IMG/VR virus record: IMGVR_UViG_3300037455_000173
Coordinates: 1-64,000 of that record
From: a virus
Lineage: Duplodnaviria > Caudoviricetes
DNA length: 64,000 nucleotides
Direction: 5' to 3' (one strand)
Shown: positions 19,970 through 29,987 of the stretch, piece by piece
Numbering within the stretch: the stretch's first letter is position 1
Layout of the letters: every line of letters begins with the position of its first letter
Translations under genes and position numbers: made by a program
The notes under the pieces: generated by a model
Told to the model about the DNA's origin: nothing
What the model saw: only the letters and a program-made list of their open reading frames with translations
Database searches by the model: none

Positions 19970-21862
19970 TTAGTTAAGAACTAAATAGTTACCTGTTGCG
20001 TTCTCAGCCTTAAATGCTTGAATGTCTTCTATAGGCTTCCAGTCTACGAATGTACCGTCGTTAGCAAGAAGCATCTGCATGAGAGTTTCTTTTGCTATCT
20101 CCTCTGTCTCACCAGGTACGACAATCCCGTCAAAATCGTCTTCTGGTAACATACATTCAGCAACGAAACCAGGTCCCTGAAGTGTTGTATCAGCAAGCTT
20201 CTCGTATCCCGTAGCATATGGTGCAAAGTCGCCTTCCTCGAAAATGTGACCTGAAGCGGATTCAGGAGCGAGTTCGCCTGAGCTGTTGAAATCACTATTG
20301 AAGCTTAGAGAAGAGTTCAGTCCAGCAGTTTTCTTAATGTCAGCAGTTTTCTTTTCAATCTTCTCTGTTGCTTTATCGATAGTCTTTTCGTTCTTCTTAG
20401 CATTAGACTGGTGTTTAGCAAATGCTTTCTTAACCTTAGAAAGTACGCTGTCATCGTCCTTAGAAGCAGCAAGTTCAACATCTTCATTAGGATTTACAGA
20501 AGCGTCTAGGTCATCCCAGTTGACATCTTTGTACTTTCTTGCGATGTACTTCTGAATGTCTGGCTTAACCTTCATTGCTTCCGCCCTACCAATGTATTTG
20601 TTGAGGAGTAACCAGGTTACGATAGAAGCGTCTAGCTTATAGGCTTCCTGAGGTGTGATAAGTCCTTGTTCAACCAGTGGCTGAAGAAGCTTAGGATTCT
20701 TACGATAAGCGTCTGTTGCAGTAAATGTACCGTTCTTTACGCCTTCGATAATAGCATCAGCATCATCAGGTACATTCTCAGCTACCTGATAGAGACCACG
20801 TCTAATAAGCTTGTCCTTGATAGCAGGGTCAATCTTAACTGCATAGTCAGGTGAGATGTACTTATTCTGAACGAGCCAGAATAGAAGTTCAGGAACTCTA
20901 CGTGCTACTACCTCAGGTGTAATATACTTATCACGAACAAGGTCCTTAGCCAGCTCAGGCTTAATCTTAAGAACCTTTTCAACATCGACAAGATTACGTC
21001 TGATAAGATTCTTTAGACCAGGTTTGCTCATACTATCAAGCTTAGACTTAGATATACCAGCAGTACCGTCTGCTAAGAATAGATGATATACTCTAGCAGG
21101 TGGGTCTGTCATAACAGTATCCATTAGGTCTGAGAGTAGTCCTGCTAGCCAATAAGCTGCTTTTCTATCTCTCTTGTCTGCAGTATCACCTTCTGCTGTA
21201 TAGTTATACTGACCGTTCTCGATGTCGAGGAAATGACCTTCTCTATGCTTTAGGATAGTACCTTCTGACTCTGGGTCATGATTAGGTCTAAATGCCCAAT
21301 CATCAACACCAGGTCCATCTACTGGTGCTTCAGAATCATCACAGGAAAGTGAAGACTTAATAATCCAGAGCTCTTCATTCATCTTCTGTGACCTGTACAT
21401 AAGAGTACTTACGACAGAATCATAAACCTCTCTAAAAGCTGTATAGCGAAATCCTGGTGGTAAGTCTACAGCTGACTGAGCTGCCTTAAATACATTCTTA
21501 ATTCTAGATGCTAGATTAGGGTCTAGCTTAGAATTAAGATTGGTTGATTGACCAGCAAGTGATGCATAATAAGCATCGATACGTCTGCAGCAGTCGAGAC
21601 TTTCATCAAGCCAACAACCTAGGTCCTCTGCGCACATATCAGGGCTTTCGATATCGTAATCGGGTACGTATGCGAATCCCTCTTCTGCTGCTTCACTTGT
21701 TTCTGATGGTGTGTAGATTTCTACAGCAGTTCCATCAGGAAGTGTGATACAAAAACCTACCTTAGAATCATCTATGATAGTACCTTCTGTTCTGCAGCAA
21801 TTAAGTGTATGAGCATTAGGAATGCCCATAGTCTTACAAACTTCTGAAATGAATACGTTCAT
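19970..21862 (-). CDS. Putative internal head protein with ~22-aa helical repeats and several LNS/LNC motifs
   Basis: Repeats LVRDKYITPE / LVQNKYISPD / LVEQGLITPQ / LLLNKYIGRA. Confidence 0.65.
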   Translation of the reverse strand: MNVFISEVCKTMGIPNAHTLNCCRTEGTIIDDSKVGFCITLPDGTAVEIYTPSETSEAAEEGFAYVPDYDIESPDMCAEDLGCWLDESLDCCRRIDAYYASLAGQSTNLNSKLDPNLASRIKNVFKAAQSAVDLPPGFRYTAFREVYDSVVSTLMYRSQKMNEELWIIKSSLSCDDSEAPVDGPGVDDWAFRPNHDPESEGTILKHREGHFLDIENGQYNYTAEGDTADKRDRKAAYWLAGLLSDLMDTVMTDPPARVYHLFLADGTAGISKSKLDSMSKPGLKNLIRRNLVDVEKVLKIKPELAKDLVRDKYITPEVVARRVPELLFWLVQNKYISPDYAVKIDPAIKDKLIRRGLYQVAENVPDDADAIIEGVKNGTFTATDAYRKNPKLLQPLVEQGLITPQEAYKLDASIVTWLLLNKYIGRAEAMKVKPDIQKYIARKYKDVNWDDLDASVNPNEDVELAASKDDDSVLSKVKKAFAKHQSNAKKNEKTIDKATEKIEKKTADIKKTAGLNSSLSFNSDFNSSGELAPESASGHIFEEGDFAPYATGYEKLADTTLQGPGFVAECMLPEDDFDGIVVPGETEEIAKETLMQMLLANDGTFVDWKPIEDIQAFKAENATGNYLVLN

Positions 21863-21876
21863 ATCGTTCTACCCCC

Positions 21877-22425
21877 TTAAGACATAGGTCCGAGGTAGAT
21901 TGCACGAGACACTTCAAGAGTGCAGTTGAATTTAACGATATCCGATGACTTGTAATCCGCATCACCGAATCCAAGTGAAGAAATCCATACACCTCTCCAC
22001 TTCCATATACGAGAGAAGTTCGGGTCACCATCGCCAGAATCACGAAGAACATAAGCATCCTTCATATAACGGCTTGGTCTTCCAACCTTTTCTGTAGCAC
22101 TGTCGAATACCTGTCGGTCGAGGTCGACCAGAGCCTGCTGGCTGTCTAAACCGACATAGCCCTTGATAGTCCAAGAAACATTCTGGTATGTAGGCTTACC
22201 TGCGAACTTTAAGCTGTCGTTGCCATAGTAGTCCTCGATTACGCCGTAACCTTTCTTGAACTCACCCAAGGAGTCTGTAGACAGCGTTAAAATATCTGAG
22301 AATGAAGCAAGTTCAGAAGAATTTACGTTGTAAAGTCTAATCTCAAACTTGTCTTTCAGATATGGCATGTAGTCGTCCTGTCCAATCATATGGTCAGTAC
22401 CGTAATACATTCTGTCCATCCACAT
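21877..22425 (-). CDS. Tail tube protein (T4 gp19-like)
   Basis: Size, position after the sheath gene, KFAGKPTYQNV…WKWRGVWISSLGFGDADY…. Confidence 0.8.
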   Translation of the reverse strand: MWMDRMYYGTDHMIGQDDYMPYLKDKFEIRLYNVNSSELASFSDILTLSTDSLGEFKKGYGVIEDYYGNDSLKFAGKPTYQNVSWTIKGYVGLDSQQALVDLDRQVFDSATEKVGRPSRYMKDAYVLRDSGDGDPNFSRIWKWRGVWISSLGFGDADYKSSDIVKFNCTLEVSRAIYLGPMS

Positions 22426-22457
22426 AGACTCGTCCTCCTTTTTCTTACTTTATAACT

Positions 22458-22527
22458 GTTTTGCTTAACTGCGTTTGTATACCGTGTAAAACTGTATACA
22501 CTACATATAGCAGCAGTTAAGCAAAAC
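22458..22527. repeat. 70-bp nested inverted-repeat element, copy A
   Basis: GTTTTGCTTAACTGC-N40-GCAGTTAAGCAAAAC with an inner TGTATAC/GTATACA stem. Confidence 0.8.
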
Positions 22528-22536
22528 CGTTGTGCT

Positions 22537-22812
22537 TTACTTATTTACACGCTCTTTAAGCTTATAGCTTGCTTTGAACGCGGGTGCCTTACTAGCATTT
22601 ATATCGATAGGTTTCTTAGTCTGAGGATTTACACCCACACGAGCTGCACGGTTACGTACCTCGAAAGTACCGAAAGACTGTACAGTAAGAGAATCACCTT
22701 TCTCGAGCAGTTCAGCAATAACGTCAAATACTCCATTAAATGCCTTGTATGCCTGGTCATTAGTAAAGCCTGTCTTTGCCTTTAGCGCAGAAATAAACTC
22801 TGCTTTATTCAT
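22537..22812 (-). CDS. hup: HU family DNA-binding protein
   Basis: MNKAEFI…FGTFEVRNRAARVGVNPQT…PAFKAS. Confidence 0.97.
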   Translation of the reverse strand: MNKAEFISALKAKTGFTNDQAYKAFNGVFDVIAELLEKGDSLTVQSFGTFEVRNRAARVGVNPQTKKPIDINASKAPAFKASYKLKERVNK

Positions 22813-22903
22813 AATATCAAACCTTTCTGTGATAATTTAGTGAAGTGCGTCTGAATTTAGCACTTTACGTTCTAATATACAGACGCACATCAGTATCACG
22901 GTA

Positions 22904-25543
22904 TTAGTCGTAGGTCTCCTGGAAGCCTGTTGGTGGGAGCAGGAACAAGTCAACATCGACAGTGTCGATTACACCTGCAACTGCAAGCTCAACCTTACCT
23001 ATGACAGTATTAGCATTAATTCTGTCAAGGTTAATAATATCAGGATTCATAATGATACGATAGCCCCAAGGATTGTACTCATTACCAACGAGCGCGCCTA
23101 CTGAACGCATCTCATCGAGTAGTGGGCTGAGTCCAGCATAGAAGTGTGAATAAGCATCTTCATTATTGTATCTAAACAGAATCTGAAGTGCTGTATCCCA
23201 GATACGCTGCTTAACTCTATTTGTAAGGAATCTGGTTGACAGATTCTGAAGTGCATTATATGTGCCAAGTGGCTTATCCCAGAGTGTGCTGTTGCCGAAG
23301 CAAGTAAAGCCCTTTCCAGGAACTTCCATGAGTGGATTGAGGCAAACGCCTTCATCGTGGTCCTGAATAAGGTCAAGATATTTCTTCTTAATCTTATATT
23401 CAGGAGTGTGAACTACACCGGTACCGAGCATTCCAGCAGGAACCATCCACCATTTATTCATACCACCTACACCCTTAGCGTTGATGATAAGAAGTAGATG
23501 TGCGATTTCAGGTGCAATCCAAGAATTAGCTCCCGAAAGTGCCAGAGTGGTCTTGCACCAAGGACCTACAACTTCACCGAATGTTGAATATGTCGGACCT
23601 ACTGCTTGAGATACCATATCCTTATACTTTAGAGCACCGGTCTTTACAGTGTAAGCACCAGAACCTGTTTGGATTCCTCTTGGCATACCAAATGGTGTAC
23701 CGATAAGTGCAGCTCCACACTTAGAGTTAGCAGCAACTTCAACCATCTTAGTAACAAGTGTCGATACTGCATACTCCATTGTAAATGTAGGAGTGTTATC
23801 GATATAGGACTTAGGTACATACTGGTCATCAGCAATACCTTGTACCAGAGCATCCCAATCATAAGAAATTGGGTCTGTAAGTTCACCTACACACTTAGCA
23901 AATCTGCTGTAAAGCATCTGCTGATTATATGTGCGAACAAGGAAATCCTTATCAGCATTGGTAAGTATGCTTTCCATATAGTTGTAATAGCTACTCTGAG
24001 TATCAAATCTTTGAGCTACGATTTCGAGTATATCAGCCTTAGTAATATCGGAAGTACCAAGTTTAGTAGCATAGTCAGTACCGCGAAGAAGTGAAACAAC
24101 TTCAACACCTACAGGATAAGCCGAAGGTGAAAGTTCTGTTGTTCCACTATATTCTGCGAAGACTGGTGTAGATAGATTACTGAATGTTGCTTCTGTGATA
24201 AGTGGTCTGCTGTCTGTAGCGGCATCCTCATCGAATGCTACAGGAACCAGTTCGAGTAGCTGGTCTGTAGATACGATTTCATTAGGATGGTCGTTATATC
24301 CGTTATTATCGAATACTTCAACAGTACCTATCTTGAAGCCATCAGCATTCATACCACACTTAACTCTAACCTTAAGGTTATTACCGAAGCTACCGGGATA
24401 TTTAGCGGAAATGTTAAATGTCTGTGTATTTGCTGCTATAATAGCCGCAACACTACCACTACCACTACCGTTACCCTTTAGATAAACCGTAGAAGTTGCA
24501 GGGACAGCGCTTTCAAAATCGTCCGCTTTACCTAGTTCAAAAGTAAATAAGCCGTATGAAGATACAGCTGCTGTGCTAGCAAATACGTAAGAATCACTAG
24601 GTGTAGTCGTAGCCTTTAATGTAAGCATTGCAGGAATCTCGTGAATCTGAATGTAGGTAAATTCAGGTGAAAGGACTGATGTTATAGTGATAGAGGCATT
24701 AGTACCATCATCACCTGCAGTTGGATTGTATGTAGAAACTTCTGTAAGTGTGATATTTCTACGCTCCAGCAGTGCACCGTCATCTGTAAATACCGAAACA
24801 GTAACAGTTCCAGTAAGCTTAACCTGCTTCTGTCTACCCTCGATATTATCGATAGTTACCGTAGCGTCTTCATAATTGGAAACCTCGGTAGTAATTACAT
24901 TAGGCTTGCTAAATGTAACAATATATGAACTCTGGGTAGCTACCTTAGCAGTTATGCGGAACTTATTAGAATTAGTAGCAGGTACCCACTTATTTGCTGC
25001 AGCATCATACTGAGAATGAGTTACCTTATACTTCATCTCTGTTGCGTCTGACTCAGTGCCTACAGGATATCTCCAGACAATAGCACCACCTGCAACATAT
25101 GGTAGGTACAGTCTGTACGGCATGTCTCCGTACTCATATGTAGTTGAGTTGCTTGCTGGATATAACACTAGATTAGTAGCCGCTGGTGTGGGTTGTGTAC
25201 CGCCTTCTGGAATAATAAACTTATTCGCATAAGCCTTAGCACCAAGTCCGTCCACTCTTTTTACAAGAATGTCATAACCAGAAGCTAGAAGCTTTAAGGC
25301 GTAGTCGAATGACTTCTCACGAGAACCTAGATATGTGTTAGCACCTCTAAATGTCTGCATGAAATCGGTTGTGCCTCTGTATCCAGAGCTAAAGTGTACC
25401 CAATCAGGGTTCGAGTCCTCATCGCCTTCTACGTAGGTAGGACCCCAGATTGCTGCAATCGGAAAAGCTATAGTAGCATAAGAGTTATTCTTAGTCTGGT
25501 AGCTATAAGTTTCCGAGTGCTCATAGATATTAATTCTCGGCAT
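22904..25543 (-). CDS. Tail sheath protein with a large inserted domain
   Basis: AKYPGSFGNNLKV, WWMVPAG, LNPL…FGNSTL, LSTRFL, RINANTVIGKV; likely start MPRINIYE. Confidence 0.9.
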   Translation of the reverse strand: MPRINIYEHSETYSYQTKNNSYATIAFPIAAIWGPTYVEGDEDSNPDWVHFSSGYRGTTDFMQTFRGANTYLGSREKSFDYALKLLASGYDILVKRVDGLGAKAYANKFIIPEGGTQPTPAATNLVLYPASNSTTYEYGDMPYRLYLPYVAGGAIVWRYPVGTESDATEMKYKVTHSQYDAAANKWVPATNSNKFRITAKVATQSSYIVTFSKPNVITTEVSNYEDATVTIDNIEGRQKQVKLTGTVTVSVFTDDGALLERRNITLTEVSTYNPTAGDDGTNASITITSVLSPEFTYIQIHEIPAMLTLKATTTPSDSYVFASTAAVSSYGLFTFELGKADDFESAVPATSTVYLKGNGSGSGSVAAIIAANTQTFNISAKYPGSFGNNLKVRVKCGMNADGFKIGTVEVFDNNGYNDHPNEIVSTDQLLELVPVAFDEDAATDSRPLITEATFSNLSTPVFAEYSGTTELSPSAYPVGVEVVSLLRGTDYATKLGTSDITKADILEIVAQRFDTQSSYYNYMESILTNADKDFLVRTYNQQMLYSRFAKCVGELTDPISYDWDALVQGIADDQYVPKSYIDNTPTFTMEYAVSTLVTKMVEVAANSKCGAALIGTPFGMPRGIQTGSGAYTVKTGALKYKDMVSQAVGPTYSTFGEVVGPWCKTTLALSGANSWIAPEIAHLLLIINAKGVGGMNKWWMVPAGMLGTGVVHTPEYKIKKKYLDLIQDHDEGVCLNPLMEVPGKGFTCFGNSTLWDKPLGTYNALQNLSTRFLTNRVKQRIWDTALQILFRYNNEDAYSHFYAGLSPLLDEMRSVGALVGNEYNPWGYRIIMNPDIINLDRINANTVIGKVELAVAGVIDTVDVDLFLLPPTGFQETYD

Positions 25544-26147
25544 CTTCAATCTCCTCCTTTACATTATTATACAGGTTGGAATCTATACTCCACTCCAGAT
25601 AACGTAGATTTTTTCTCCTGATGTCGATGATGTTAGCTCCTAACACTCTAATCGGAATTATCTGCTGGTATAGAATACCTGTTACAGAGAATTGGTCATT
25701 TCCAGAACTGTTCTGAAAATCTCCATTTATCATTATCTGACCGTGAATTGACCGGTCAGAACCATAGGGTAATAAAACCGTTAGTCTAGGTTTATTCAAG
25801 AACAAGAACGTCATCTCACTTGTCAGCTCATCGATGTCATCTTGAGTAGTAGCTAATAGCGTTACAGTATAATCTACCTGTACCGGTATTGCTTGCTCAC
25901 TTATTTTCTTATGCTCTTGAACTCTATCGATTCTACCTTTACGAGCTATCGGCCATGATTGTAACTGACGCTCGGGAGTCCAATTAGTTCTAAATAGAAC
26001 TATTGCAGGCAGTTGTAATCGATTTTCCCTATGCATAGCGGTTACATTCCAGTAATCTTTTACCGGAACGATTGCTACTTCACCTTTTACATTTTCTGTG
26101 AAATAATGATGAAGTGCGGTGTCATATAGCTGTATCACTTGTCTCAC
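25530..26147 (-). CDS. Tail terminator/completion protein (T4 gp15-like)
   Basis: LQLPAIVLFR, IPVQVDYTVTLLATTQDDIDEL; synteny. Confidence 0.65.
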   Translation of the reverse strand: MRQVIQLYDTALHHYFTENVKGEVAIVPVKDYWNVTAMHRENRLQLPAIVLFRTNWTPERQLQSWPIARKGRIDRVQEHKKISEQAIPVQVDYTVTLLATTQDDIDELTSEMTFLFLNKPRLTVLLPYGSDRSIHGQIMINGDFQNSSGNDQFSVTGILYQQIIPIRVLGANIIDIRRKNLRYLEWSIDSNLYNNVKEEIEDAEN

Positions 26148-26466
26148 CTACTCCCATTACATCGGAAGCTGCAGACGACTGAGTAGGTTCAGAACTGCCA
26201 CCAGCATCAACACTTGATTCACCAGCATCGATGTCTATATCGTCACCTGAACCGGTAGCTTCAGCATCGAAATCACCGTCTTTCAGAGTGTCTTCTTCTA
26301 CTTTATACAGAAGTCCTTCGGGTATATCAAATAGACCACCGCAGAGTGGACACTGACAAGCATAAGGAAGACTTTCGCCGTTAATCTCGATAAGCGTCTT
26401 AGGTGTTGACTCTGGCATTGCTAGACCAGAATTTGTAATGTTCTCAGGAAGTTTCATTCTAATCAT
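26122..26466 (-). CDS. Hypothetical protein (CxCPxC, acidic tail)
   Basis: ORF in the structural operon. Confidence 0.6.
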   Translation of the reverse strand: MIRMKLPENITNSGLAMPESTPKTLIEINGESLPYACQCPLCGGLFDIPEGLLYKVEEDTLKDGDFDAEATGSGDDIDIDAGESSVDAGGSSEPTQSSAASDVMGVGETSDTAI

Positions 26467-26474
26467 ATTCTCAC

Positions 26475-26963
26475 CTACTTTAAGAACCTTCTTGGTTCAG
26501 AATTTTTCTTAGCAATATCTCTTTCAGTCTGCTCTGTTAGCGGTCTTGTGTTACCAACCAATGGAACAATCTGACAGATAATATGGTCAGGGCAAACCAA
26601 CCCAGTTGATAATTGCGTAACCTGAAACGTTCTTGTCTCGATTGATGTAATTTGACCGTCTATTTCGAAAAGACAACCTCTCTGAATATGTGGTACATCA
26701 AACGGTACATGAATAAGAAAGGGCAGGTTGTCAGTTTTTTCGACAACCCACCCTAGATTCCTATATGTCGTCAGTTTGGGTTCTCCCTCGAAAATGCCGA
26801 ACACTGGCATACGCTCAGAATACCCATCAGGAGCAGGTTGATTGAAGAAATCGATATTGTTATTGAGTGGATATCTGTACTGGAATTGTACACCAACTTC
26901 TTGTACAGTATTCTTGAAGTGTTCTCGTAGGTATTCGATTTCTTCTGGGACGATTAAGCTCAT
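26475..26963 (-). CDS. Head closure/neck protein (gp14-like)
   Basis: Synteny, size and beta-rich pattern. Confidence 0.55.
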   Translation of the reverse strand: MSLIVPEEIEYLREHFKNTVQEVGVQFQYRYPLNNNIDFFNQPAPDGYSERMPVFGIFEGEPKLTTYRNLGWVVEKTDNLPFLIHVPFDVPHIQRGCLFEIDGQITSIETRTFQVTQLSTGLVCPDHIICQIVPLVGNTRPLTEQTERDIAKKNSEPRRFLK

Positions 26964-26987
26964 AGCTGCTCCTCCCTTACATTAAGA

Positions 26988-27320
26988 TTACTCTATCTCA
27001 GGCTCGCCGCCAACAGCAGCATCCTCTTCAGCAAGAGTTTCTGTATTGAGGTCAACCTCAACCGTATACTCCTCGCCAGCCTCAGGTACGCAGTTAAGAA
27101 TAACACCTGTATCTGATGGCTCGATAGAAATGCTAATGCTAGGGTCAGTAGACATCTCAGCCAGAATAGACTGTACGATTGTCTCGACATCCTCGATGCT
27201 GTAATATACAACACCGTCCATCTCCTTAGAAGAGTTGAGGTTTGTTTCACCGGTCTCCTCTGTCTTCTTAGAGCTGTTCAGGTCAAGCTTGAGAAGCTTT
27301 CTTTTAGCATCCTTTGCCAT
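26988..27320 (-). CDS. Acidic putative core/scaffold protein with two LNSS motifs
   Basis: LDLNSSKK, TNLNSSKE; AGGAGG RBS. Confidence 0.65.
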   Translation of the reverse strand: MAKDAKRKLLKLDLNSSKKTEETGETNLNSSKEMDGVVYYSIEDVETIVQSILAEMSTDPSISISIEPSDTGVILNCVPEAGEEYTVEVDLNTETLAEEDAAVGGEPEIE

Positions 27321-27342
27321 AACGGATTACCTCCTATTAGAA

Positions 27343-28047
27343 TTACAACACTATCTGAGGTGTGTTGTTCTGTACCAAATATTCCCTTACGTTCTTGAGT
27401 TCTTCTAAACCTTCGGATAAAAGCTGCTCACCGTCAAGCTGAACGGGACTATTTGGTAACCTAACCTTACGACGCTTGCTTCCTACATATATCTTCATGT
27501 ATGCAACTGCGAGTTTACGCAGTTGACTTTGAGCAAAGCTAGTCTTTAATTCTGACGGGTCATCATACTCTGGAATATAAGTAATGGTGACATATGTCGG
27601 CTTAGGGACGTTAGCTGCTACATATAGATATTGATTCTGCTGGTCATAAAAATATTGTAAGTCCTCTGATACTGTATTCTTGAGCGTTTGGCACAGCATC
27701 AGCTGAACATATCTGTCGAAATATGCGTGATAAGCACCGGAATTAGGAACAGCCGCCATTCCTGCAAGCGAAGTAAATACGTTACCAACGCTGGTATTAT
27801 CAACATTCAATCCTGCAGGAACAGTAGCTCTCCTTACACTAAGAAAGTCCTTGACCTTCAGGTCACCAACATAGATGCGCTGTTTATAAGGTACTGTTAA
27901 GTCGGCATACTCATGAAGTTTCTCTTTCAGCTCACGAAAAGCTTTCATGAGAATCTTCATGTCGTCGCCTTCCTTGATTTCCTCTTTTGTCCAAGGGACT
28001 TCAAGATGCATATCATCGAGATATTCCTGAATTGTGGGGTTTAGCAT
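27343..28047 (-). CDS. Neck/head-tail adaptor (T4 gp13-like)
   Basis: LAVAYMKIYVGSKRRK…VQLDGEQLLSEGLEEL. Confidence 0.75.
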   Translation of the reverse strand: MLNPTIQEYLDDMHLEVPWTKEEIKEGDDMKILMKAFRELKEKLHEYADLTVPYKQRIYVGDLKVKDFLSVRRATVPAGLNVDNTSVGNVFTSLAGMAAVPNSGAYHAYFDRYVQLMLCQTLKNTVSEDLQYFYDQQNQYLYVAANVPKPTYVTITYIPEYDDPSELKTSFAQSQLRKLAVAYMKIYVGSKRRKVRLPNSPVQLDGEQLLSEGLEELKNVREYLVQNNTPQIVL

Positions 28048-28070
28048 ATACTATCCCCTCCTTCGGGTTA

Positions 28071-28580
28071 TCAGCCGCCCTCGTTCTCGTTAGCAGCCTC
28101 AGATGTAACTGTAAAGCCGTAATCCTTTAGAGCAGCACCAGCCTGAACATAGAATGATGCTTCAGCCTGTGTGTCAACTGCGAAAGTATTTGTAACGCCG
28201 TCGAGCTCAGCTGTCATCTTGAATGTCTGCCATGCTCTGTAAATCGGAATCTGAGGAATGAGATAAGCCTCAAGAATATTCATGAGGTCCATTGCAACAG
28301 ACTGCGGCCATCTCTTCTGAGCAGAAGTAAGTAGGCTGAGATTTGCGATGCCTGTGATAGCACCGTTGTTGTTTGTGAAGAGATTGTCCTTATTGTACTC
28401 AGCAGCTGTAGCATCATCAGCAGCATAAAGATATGGCTTAGATGCGCTGGGCCACTTGCCAGGCATTGTGCTGGAAGATAGACCAGGAATAGGAGCTACT
28501 GTCTTCACATTAGGTGTCTGCTTATCCATATTGTATATGTCGTTAGCAGCTGTGTAGGTAATAGTAACATTGTAACTCAT
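28071..28580 (-). CDS. Putative virion structural/decoration protein
   Basis: Directly downstream of the capsid gene; strong RBS. Confidence 0.55.
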   Translation of the reverse strand: MSYNVTITYTAANDIYNMDKQTPNVKTVAPIPGLSSSTMPGKWPSASKPYLYAADDATAAEYNKDNLFTNNNGAITGIANLSLLTSAQKRWPQSVAMDLMNILEAYLIPQIPIYRAWQTFKMTAELDGVTNTFAVDTQAEASFYVQAGAALKDYGFTVTSEAANENEGG

Positions 28581-28602
28581 AGCATTATTCCTCCTTTAAG
28601 AA

Positions 28603-29973
28603 TTAATATACCAGGTTGGTAACAACGCCACGGATGAATGCCTTCGGATTAACCATCTTCATTGCATTTGATGTTGCGAAGCCCTGCTGACCTGTGAATG
28701 TAGCATCCATAAGAGCAGCTGTTGCTGTAACAGGCATATATGTGCCGAATACATAAGAAGGCTCAACATCGTTAGAAGAAACGTGACCGAGAACATACTG
28801 GTCGTGAGGAATACCACCACGGAAGCAGTAAACCTTCTTATCACCAAGTTCGCCGGCATAGTAAGAACCAGTTGTCTTCTGAGTGTTAGCAGCTTTGAAC
28901 ATAGTCATACCCTGAATAACAGTCATAACGCTGGAACCAACGAGCATGAAGTTAGGACGAATACGACCGGTTGCGTCGTAAATTCTCTGAGAACCTGCGT
29001 TAATAGCTCTGATGAAAGAGTTATCGTGTGCAAGGTCACCAGCTTGTCCCTGACCGATAGGAGGTGTAGCGCTCCAAACAACAGGCTGACCTGCTGCTGC
29101 GTTCATCCACATATCGTGAGCAACCTTTGTGTTGAGTTCGTTTACGATAGTTGAAGTTGCCTGCTCCTCGAGCATCTTAGGACCATCAAGACCATACTGC
29201 TGTTCCATATCGTAAGCAGCTGCCTGTGACCAACGTGCTGCTAGAGTATTGTCCTCTGCAACAAGGTCGAGCCACTCAAGAGTGCTGTAGATAGGAGGTG
29301 TGTTAGCAGAAGCTGAAATGTTATCAACTCTGTAAGAAGCAAGTGTAGTAGCAGCTGCTGTTACACCTGTGATAACACCTGTTGCATAGTCGATAGTACC
29401 TGCATCAGTAATAGTTGTACCATTTAGATACTGAATCTTACCTTCGCCATCATCGAAATATGTGTTGCCAGCTTGCTCAACTATTCTAACAGTTGTAGGA
29501 ACAACAGGAGCACGGAGGAAGAGGTCTGTTAGAGGTTCATTATTCACGTCACTACCTGAATAGTTCTCTGTACCTCTTGCGAGCTCGAATGGGCTTGCAG
29601 AAACCTGTCCAGCCTTTACTGTACCCTTATCCTCACCGAAGTGGAAAAGAGTGTAAGGAATGGAAGTATGTCTGCTAGACATTGGCTGCATGGTGCAGAA
29701 CTCAGGAATGAGCCAATCAACGAGTGTTGCACGAAGAACATTCATATAAGTTGTCTTCTGGAGCACATCACCCGGCTGAGTAGCGCTTGGAATAATAGAT
29801 GTAGGAAGGAGACTCGAGTTGAGTGCTCTCTTCTGCAGTGCGTATGCGTTATTGAGTATCTTCTGAGCCTTTGAAAGCCCAATAGCGTCATACTGACTTA
29901 GTCCTTTGGCAGTACGGCTGGAGTTCAGGCTCTGAATGCCAGACTTGCCTGCGTTTGTGTACGGCTTAAGCAT
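28603..29973 (-). CDS. Major capsid protein (T4 gp23-like)
   Basis: MQPMSS, LAARWSQAAAYD…YGLD, ELN, PNFMLVGS, YMPV. Confidence 0.9.
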   Translation of the reverse strand: MLKPYTNAGKSGIQSLNSSRTAKGLSQYDAIGLSKAQKILNNAYALQKRALNSSLLPTSIIPSATQPGDVLQKTTYMNVLRATLVDWLIPEFCTMQPMSSRHTSIPYTLFHFGEDKGTVKAGQVSASPFELARGTENYSGSDVNNEPLTDLFLRAPVVPTTVRIVEQAGNTYFDDGEGKIQYLNGTTITDAGTIDYATGVITGVTAAATTLASYRVDNISASANTPPIYSTLEWLDLVAEDNTLAARWSQAAAYDMEQQYGLDGPKMLEEQATSTIVNELNTKVAHDMWMNAAAGQPVVWSATPPIGQGQAGDLAHDNSFIRAINAGSQRIYDATGRIRPNFMLVGSSVMTVIQGMTMFKAANTQKTTGSYYAGELGDKKVYCFRGGIPHDQYVLGHVSSNDVEPSYVFGTYMPVTATAALMDATFTGQQGFATSNAMKMVNPKAFIRGVVTNLVY

Positions 29974-29987
29974 AGTATCAATCTCCT

